Positions 58,707-64,000 of a stretch of 64,000 bases of DNA are shown here, piece after piece; position 1 is the stretch's first letter; every line of letters starts with the position of its first letter. The DNA lies in the NCBI GenBank assembly GCA_964510205.1, contig CAZEBW010000004.1:3638-67637 (forward strand). Reading direction: 5' to 3'. The notes under the pieces are model-generated. The model was not told the DNA's origin. It saw only the letters and a program-made list of their open reading frames with translations, and searched no databases. The DNA comes from an uncultured Anaerolineae bacterium (GTDB lineage Bacteria; Chloroflexota; Anaerolineae; VGOG01). Both the position numbers and the translations under genes were made by a program.

Positions 58707-59684
58707 TCATTCTCGCCGCTCTACCACAAAATTGGCTAGGTCGAGCATGGCCTGGCGGTATTCGTTGGGGGGCAGGAGCGTGAGGGCCTCGCGGCTCTTG
58801 GCGGCGAAACGCTTGGCTTCGGCCGTGGAAGACTCAATCGCTCCCGATTCCTTGATCGCTTTCAGCGCTTGCGCCTCATCGCCTCCCCGATCTCGCCCGT
58901 TCAGCACGCTGGTCACTGTCTCGTCCTCTGGATGGGCCTCCAGGAAATAGAGAGTGGGCAGGGTGAGGATGCCCTGGCGCAGGTCGCTGCCGACAGGCTT
59001 TCCCAGCACATCCTCGTTGCCTGCGAAGTCGAGGATGTCGTCCACGATTTGAAAGGCCATTCCCAAGTTGTAGCCATAATCGCGCAGGGCTTGTATTTCT
59101 GGCTCCGGTGCGCCGCTCAGGACGCCCCCCGCCTCCGTTGAGGCGGCGAAGAGAGAGGCGGTCTTGCTGTAAATGCGTTGGTAGTAGTATTCCCTAGCGG
59201 TAGCCGTTGTTCGCTCCCCCTCTTTGCTGTCAAAGATCTGATTCAACTCGCCGCTGCAGATCGTCATCAGGGTTTGGGCGAAGATGGAGACCACGCGCAC
59301 GCTCTCGGTCTCGGCGGCAAACGCCGCTGATCTGGCGAAGAGGTAATCACCGGTCAGCACCGTCGCTGCGCTGTTCCACATGGTATTCAGGGTGGGGTTG
59401 CCGCGGCGTAGAAAAGCGTTGTCTATCAAATCGTCGTGGACGAGAGTGGCTGTGTGCAGCGTCTCCACGGCTGCGGCCAGGGAAGTGACCTTTTCGGCGT
59501 CGGCGGGATAGAACTTGCTCGATAGGAGAACCAGAGCAGGGCGCATCCGCTTGCCGCCGCCGCTCAGCAGATAGTCCAGTATGGTCCTCATTTGTTCGTA
59601 TTCGATGCGGTAGACTTCGCGCATCTTGCGCTCTACACGCTCCAGGTCCTGGCGGATGATTTTGAAGATGGGGATGACCTTCAA
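58707..59684 (-). CDS. Polyprenyl diphosphate synthase (trans-isoprenyl diphosphate synthase family)
   Basis: First and second Asp-rich motifs LVHDDLIDNA and FQIVDDILDF. Confidence 0.85.
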   Translation of the reverse strand: MKVIPIFKIIRQDLERVERKMREVYRIEYEQMRTILDYLLSGGGKRMRPALVLLSSKFYPADAEKVTSLAAAVETLHTATLVHDDLIDNAFLRRGNPTLNTMWNSAATVLTGDYLFARSAAFAAETESVRVVSIFAQTLMTICSGELNQIFDSKEGERTTATAREYYYQRIYSKTASLFAASTEAGGVLSGAPEPEIQALRDYGYNLGMAFQIVDDILDFAGNEDVLGKPVGSDLRQGILTLPTLYFLEAHPEDETVTSVLNGRDRGGDEAQALKAIKESGAIESSTAEAKRFAAKSREALTLLPPNEYRQAMLDLANFVVERRE

Positions 59685-59700
59685 GGCTGTTTCCTTTCGT

Positions 59701-60489
59701 TCAGAGATCTAATGCAAATAGTGCTCGCGCATTGTCCGAGGTAATTCGCGCCACTTCTTCTACCGACATCTCCTTTAGGCGGGCGATGGCCTGAGCCACC
59801 AGCTTTACGTAAGCAGGCTCGTTGCGTTTCCCTCGATGGGGATGGGGCGTCAGGTAGGGACAATCGGTCTCCACCAGCAGCTTTTCCAGGGGCAGTTGAC
59901 GGACCAAGTCCCGCAGGCGTCGGGCATTGTCAAAAGTCACGGGGCCGGCGACGGAGATATAGAAACCCAGTTCGATGGCCTCTTGCGCCATAGCCAAATC
60001 GCCGGAGAAGCAGTGCAGAACCCCCGCTGGCTGATGGCTGCTCTTGGCCCAACGGCGCAGAGTGGCCATAATCTCTTCGTGGGCTTCGCGATCGTGGATG
60101 ATAACCGGTTTCCCCACTTCGCTCGCCAGGGCCAACTGCTGTTGGAATGCCCGGCGCTGCTGATCTCGGGGCGAGAGATCGCGATAGAAGTCCAGCCCGA
60201 TTTCGCCGATGGCGACCACTTTGGGATGGAGCGCCAAGGCCCCCAGCTCTTCCAGCATTCTCCTCGTCACGGTCTTGGCGTCGTGAGGGTGCACACCTAC
60301 CGCTGCGTAGACCTGGGGGTAAGCCTCGGCCAGGGCCACCGCCGCCTGGCTGGAAGCCAAGTCGGCTCCGACATTGACGATAGTCCTCACCCCAGCGGCC
60401 TGGGCTCGCTCGATGACTCGCTTCCGATCGTCGTCGAATTGGGGGAAGTCGAGATGGGTGTGGGTATCAACCAGCAGCGTGTCTGGCAT
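59701..60489 (-). CDS. tatD: TatD family metal-dependent hydrolase/DNase
   Basis: MPDTLLVDTHTHLDF...; conserved His/Glu/Asp positions. Confidence 0.85.
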   Translation of the reverse strand: MPDTLLVDTHTHLDFPQFDDDRKRVIERAQAAGVRTIVNVGADLASSQAAVALAEAYPQVYAAVGVHPHDAKTVTRRMLEELGALALHPKVVAIGEIGLDFYRDLSPRDQQRRAFQQQLALASEVGKPVIIHDREAHEEIMATLRRWAKSSHQPAGVLHCFSGDLAMAQEAIELGFYISVAGPVTFDNARRLRDLVRQLPLEKLLVETDCPYLTPHPHRGKRNEPAYVKLVAQAIARLKEMSVEEVARITSDNARALFALDL

Positions 60490-60907
60490 CTCGTCGTTTC
60501 CTGGGCTGAATGAAAGTGGTCTCGTGCTCCTCGAAGATCACCCGGAAGGTCTCAAGGAAGTCCTGCCTGCCCAGCAAAGGGGGGATGTCATCCCTGTCCA
60601 GGAAGCCAAGCGGGATATGCCTCTCCCAGCGACCAAGCTTGACCGTCACATCACGGCATAGATAAATTGTCTCGCTGCCGCCAATGCCGTGGGTACCGTG
60701 TTCTATGCAATCCACATTGACATCTATCCCCAGTAGAGGAGCATACCGTTTGGGCATAATGGTGTAATCGGCTCCGGTATCAACTATCATGCTGACGGAT
60801 ACCCAATTGTCCTGCTCTTTCGTCTGGACCAGAACGTCAGCAACAGGGCGATACACGACGCCGAAGAGATCGGAGGGCACGGCTTTGTGACGGAATTTTA
60901 GAGCCAT
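60467..60907 (-). CDS. Retropepsin-like (clan AA) aspartic peptidase domain protein
   Basis: VSMIVDTGADYTIM (D-T-G-A active-site motif). Confidence 0.55.
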   Translation of the reverse strand: MALKFRHKAVPSDLFGVVYRPVADVLVQTKEQDNWVSVSMIVDTGADYTIMPKRYAPLLGIDVNVDCIEHGTHGIGGSETIYLCRDVTVKLGRWERHIPLGFLDRDDIPPLLGRQDFLETFRVIFEEHETTFIQPRKRRDARHAAG

Positions 60908-61125
60908 AGGATGTATAGCTCCTCTTTCGTGACATAGGTTAGCAGAGGGATTCTACCTGGATGTTTCTTCCTGACCTCTTCCAACAGTCGTACCCCCTGT
61001 TCTTCGTCCTCAATTTCGTGTATCTCCTCGCCGATCACGAGGACATGCTTTCCCCTGAACTCTTCTTCTCTTGCCTGAAGGGTTTGATGTTCCAGTGAGA
61101 AATCGGTTTGCATTTCCATTATCAA
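60898..61125 (-). CDS. Small acidic hypothetical protein
   Basis: 75 aa, overlaps the start of the aspartic peptidase gene by 10 nt. Confidence 0.3.
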   Translation of the reverse strand: MIMEMQTDFSLEHQTLQAREEEFRGKHVLVIGEEIHEIEDEEQGVRLLEEVRKKHPGRIPLLTYVTKEELYILWL

Positions 61126-61135
61126 TCCTCCCTCA

Positions 61136-62560
61136 TTAAGGTTCCAGCCCCGCCAGCCTCATCCCCTCCTCCAGGAGGGGCCTCACCTTGTCCTGGTGCG
61201 TTGTCTCGCAGTAGATGCGGAGCAGGCCGGGCTCGGTGCCGGAGAAGCGCATCAAAAGCCAACCGCCGTCCTCCAGGCTGAACTTGTAGCCATCGGTGGT
61301 GTTAAGGTCTGTCACCTCGAGGCCAGCCACGGACTCCGGCCTAGCCTCATCCACGCGCCGCTGCACAGTTTCTCGCTCTTCACGCGGGAAGTAGTGGTCA
61401 ATGCGGTCGTAGTAGTAGCGAGCGCCGACGACTTCGTACAGGTGGTCCAGGAGCTGGGAGGGGGTCTTGCCCGTTTGCACCATGAAATCGAGGAAGTAGA
61501 GATTGGCCAGGATGCCGTCCCGGTCGGGGACGTTGCCCCGAAAGGCGTAGCCTCCACTCTCCTCCCCGCCGATCATGGCCTCCACCTCCAGCATCTTGGG
61601 GGCCACGTACTTGAAGCCTACCCCGGTCTGGTATACCGGCACGTCGTAGATCTGCCCCAGCTTCTCCAGAACCGAGGTGGTGGAGAGGGTTTTCACAATC
61701 GGACCCCGCCAGCCTCGCACTTCCAGCAGGTACAGCGCCAACAGGCCGTAGACCTGCAACTGGTTGACGAAGCGGCCATGCTCGTCGCCTATGCCGATGC
61801 GGTCGGCGTCGCCGTCGTTGATGATGGCCACGTCGGCTCCTAGCTCCACTACCGTGGCCAGGCACGGGTCCACGTTGGGGGGGATGGGCTCGGGTCGAAC
61901 CATGTCGGGGAAGAGGGGATTGCGCAGGTTGTGGATCTCGATGATCTCTGTGCTGCCGCCCCCCAGGATGCGCGGGAACCAGCCGATGCCGTTGCCCCAC
62001 ATGGGATCCGCGACGATGGTCAGGCCAGCGGCTTTGATAGGCTCGACGTCAATCAGGTCTCGCAGGTGGGCCAGATAGGCCGGCGCCGGGTCGAAGCGCT
62101 CCACTAGGCCCTGATCCTCGGCCTCGTCCAACGCCAGGCGTTTCACCTCCTCAATGGGCGGGATGTGAGCCTCGATCTCTTTTAGCCCATCGGGAGCGAT
62201 GGCGCCCCCGTGCTCGTCCCGCACCTTGAAGCCGTTGTCGGTGGGCGGATTGTGGCTGGCGGTGATGTTGACCGCTCCCGCCGCCCCCAGCGCCACCACG
62301 CTGTGGCCGATGACCGGGGTGGGGGTGGCCCCCTCGGTGAGGTGGACGCGGATGTCGTGGGCGGCCATCACCTCGGCCACGGCAGCGGCGAAGTGCTCCG
62401 AGGCGAAGCGGCGGTCGTGGCCCACTACCACGCCCTTTTCGGAGCCGCCATTGTCGAGCAGATAGCGGGCGAAACCTTGGGCGCAGCGCCGCACATTGTC
62501 GAAAGTGTAATCCTCGGCGATTTGAGCACGCCATCCGTCGGTGCCAAATTTGATCTTCAT
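61136..62560 (-). CDS. Phosphoglucomutase/phosphomannomutase family protein
   Basis: KFGTDGWR at the N-terminus, active-site [13 protein letters not shown], metal-binding DGDADR. Confidence 0.85.
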   Translation of the reverse strand: MKIKFGTDGWRAQIAEDYTFDNVRRCAQGFARYLLDNGGSEKGVVVGHDRRFASEHFAAAVAEVMAAHDIRVHLTEGATPTPVIGHSVVALGAAGAVNITASHNPPTDNGFKVRDEHGGAIAPDGLKEIEAHIPPIEEVKRLALDEAEDQGLVERFDPAPAYLAHLRDLIDVEPIKAAGLTIVADPMWGNGIGWFPRILGGGSTEIIEIHNLRNPLFPDMVRPEPIPPNVDPCLATVVELGADVAIINDGDADRIGIGDEHGRFVNQLQVYGLLALYLLEVRGWRGPIVKTLSTTSVLEKLGQIYDVPVYQTGVGFKYVAPKMLEVEAMIGGEESGGYAFRGNVPDRDGILANLYFLDFMVQTGKTPSQLLDHLYEVVGARYYYDRIDHYFPREERETVQRRVDEARPESVAGLEVTDLNTTDGYKFSLEDGGWLLMRFSGTEPGLLRIYCETTHQDKVRPLLEEGMRLAGLEP

Positions 62561-62964
62561 TCGTCTTCTAATCCTTTCCTCACCATCGCCAGGACCTCGG
62601 AGGCCAGGCTGATAGCTTCTGCGGCATCCTGTTCGTCGTAGACTTCAGCTGGCACCCCGCCTGGCAAGGCATTGGGGTAGCGAGTGGGAATGTAGAAACG
62701 GTCCAGTTTGCCTGCCGATCCAGCGAGGTCAGCGAAGCTCTTCTCGTACTCTCTGCAGCGACGGCTGAGCTCAGCCACCGAGTGCCCCACTACCACCCGC
62801 TCTCCTTGAGCGAACAGGAAGGCTTTAAGGGCCTTCTCTGCTGCTTGCTGGGCGCTGAAGCAGGCTATCGAGTAGTATTCCCCGTCCGCATTGTGTTCAG
62901 CAGCTCGGAGGTCGTATTCGGCTTGCTTCAGCCAGCGCTCTGCTTCACCCTTAGGGTCTTTCAT
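62557..62964 (-). CDS. HEPN domain protein (toxin component of a HEPN/MNT pair)
   Basis: 135 aa all-alpha, C-terminal FYIPTRYPN motif typical of PF05168-type HEPN; 4-nt overlap with the upstream MNT gene. Confidence 0.6.
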   Translation of the reverse strand: MKDPKGEAERWLKQAEYDLRAAEHNADGEYYSIACFSAQQAAEKALKAFLFAQGERVVVGHSVAELSRRCREYEKSFADLAGSAGKLDRFYIPTRYPNALPGGVPAEVYDEQDAAEAISLASEVLAMVRKGLEDE

Positions 62965-63292
62965 AGATGACGACTCCTTCTTTCAGTACCATTTCGATAA
63001 AGGGATTTCTCCGCTCTTGCATCTCGGCGAACTCTTGAGGGGTGTAGACCAATACGTCCATAGCGAAAGTGGGTTTGACGAGTTCATACACCCTTCCCAG
63101 TCTGTCCAGAAAGCGCTCCTGGGTCTCTTTGATGATCACCAAGTCGAGGTCGCTGTATTCATCCTCATCTCCGCGGGCCCAGGAGCCGAAAAGGATCACC
63201 TGCTGGGGGTCGTATGCTTCTAGCGAGGCAATGACGTGAGAGATTCCCTCTCGTCTTGAAACGGTTTCCATGTTATCAAAGATCTTTCTCAT
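62951..63292 (-). CDS. Minimal nucleotidyltransferase (MNT) antitoxin
   Basis: ILFGSWARGDEDEYSDLDLVII (G-S-x9-D-x-D). Confidence 0.75.
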   Translation of the reverse strand: MRKIFDNMETVSRREGISHVIASLEAYDPQQVILFGSWARGDEDEYSDLDLVIIKETQERFLDRLGRVYELVKPTFAMDVLVYTPQEFAEMQERRNPFIEMVLKEGVVIYERP

Positions 63293-63552
63293 TGCTCTTT
63301 CCCGTAAAGGTAGCGATCGTGCTCTACAGCAGCGTTTGGCAGTCGGCCAGGTTGGGCATCACGTCCCAGGGAGCGAAAAACCTCCCAACCCCTTGGTGAT
63401 TCTTTTCGCTTAGCTTCATCCGGCACGGGCAAAATGCGAATCTCCCCTGGCCGCACTACTACCTGCAAACGGGTGCCCAATCCAGCATTGCGAATCCAGT
63501 GTTCGTCAATCCAGATCCCCTGTTGAACCTCTAGCATCTTTTGATTAGGCAT
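63289..63552 (-). CDS. Small hypothetical protein, possibly AbrB/MazE-like
   Basis: 87 aa; RLQVVVRPGEIRILPV beta-strand pattern; weak. Confidence 0.3.
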   Translation of the reverse strand: MPNQKMLEVQQGIWIDEHWIRNAGLGTRLQVVVRPGEIRILPVPDEAKRKESPRGWEVFRSLGRDAQPGRLPNAAVEHDRYLYGKEQ

Positions 63553-63569
63553 AGTTTTGTTCTCCTCTC

Positions 63570-64000
63570 CTATCTCAGATAGTTTTCCTTCTTCAGCGCT
63601 TCCAGATCGGCATCCACCATGATCTGGATCAGCTCCTCAAAAGTGACGGCAGGCTCCCAGCCCAGCTTGGTGTGGGCCTTGTTGGCATCAGCCACCAGAC
63701 AGTCCACGTCGGCAGGGCGAAGGAATCTGGGATCGACCACCACATGGTCTTGCCAGCCCAGATCGAGGTAGCTGAAGGCCACCTCGCAGAGATATCGCAC
63801 TGAGTGAGTTTGCCCGGTACCCACCACGTAGTCGTCCGGCTCGTCCTGCTGGAGCATGAGCCACATGGCTTTGACATAGTCTCCGGCGTAGCCCCAATCT
63901 CGTTGGGCCTCTAAGTTGCCCATCCTCAGTTCATTGTCCAGGCCCAGTTTGATGCGGGCTGCGCCGTAGGTCACTTTATGGGTTGAGAACTCCAGGCCTC
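63570..64000 (-). CDS. gmd: GDP-mannose 4,6-dehydratase, C-terminal part (gene continues beyond the window end)
   Basis: [38 protein letters not shown] matches the Gmd C-terminus. Confidence 0.8.
   Translation of the reverse strand, partial: GLEFSTHKVTYGAARIKLGLDNELRMGNLEAQRDWGYAGDYVKAMWLMLQQDEPDDYVVGTGQTHSVRYLCEVAFSYLDLGWQDHVVVDPRFLRPADVDCLVADANKAHTKLGWEPAVTFEELIQIMVDADLEALKKENYLR

Overview
High-GC (~62-65%) bacterial chromosomal window, gene content most consistent with a filamentous Chloroflexota-like organism (Flp pilin, LVIVD-repeat surface protein, long-form HPF); the taxon is uncertain. Core genes include an ornithine cyclodeaminase-family gene (5' partial), ligA, rlmI, rtcA, comF-like, hpf, a LMW tyrosine phosphatase, folC, lon, eno, a polyprenyl synthase, tatD, a PGM/PMM mutase and the 3' end of gmd. 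Three things stand out. (1) A ~15 kb lower-GC island (about 11.3-26.4 kb) carries a tightly packed minus-strand operon behind a perfect sigma70-consensus promoter. It encodes a stand-alone AlaRS catalytic-fragment paralog, a multi-GAF hybrid histidine kinase with a 540-bp internal tandem duplication, two single-domain receivers (one lacking the phospho-Asp), a REC-AlbA_2 (Schlafen-like) protein, a REC-CHAT caspase-like protease, a cytoplasmic HK and a second REC-CHAT. Two SPFH/band-7 membrane proteins follow. I propose this is an undescribed phosphorelay-controlled caspase-like protease module. (2) The 37-60 kb region is a large envelope glycosylation locus. It contains an O-antigen-ligase-like protein, four tandem PMT/ArnT-like GT-C paralogs with variable C-terminal repeat domains, a flippase-like protein, two AP-superfamily phosphotransferases, an LVIVD beta-propeller protein with a Thr/Pro-rich tail, GT4, GT2 and a polyprenyl synthase. 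(3) The whole window is full of STRR-like 7-8 nt tandem repeat arrays (TTCGTAR, TTCACGN, GGGAATC, GTCCYAC, CAATACG, GGTATTG, GCGGTTT, GGTTGTA, GGTTGGA...). Many arrays sit as inverted pairs around gene boundaries and several are inserted in frame inside coding sequences. A ~85-nt palindromic element occurs twice, once in frame inside a GT-C gene. I found no rRNA, tRNA or CRISPR. Coordinates of hand-identified features are approximate (+/- a few nt).
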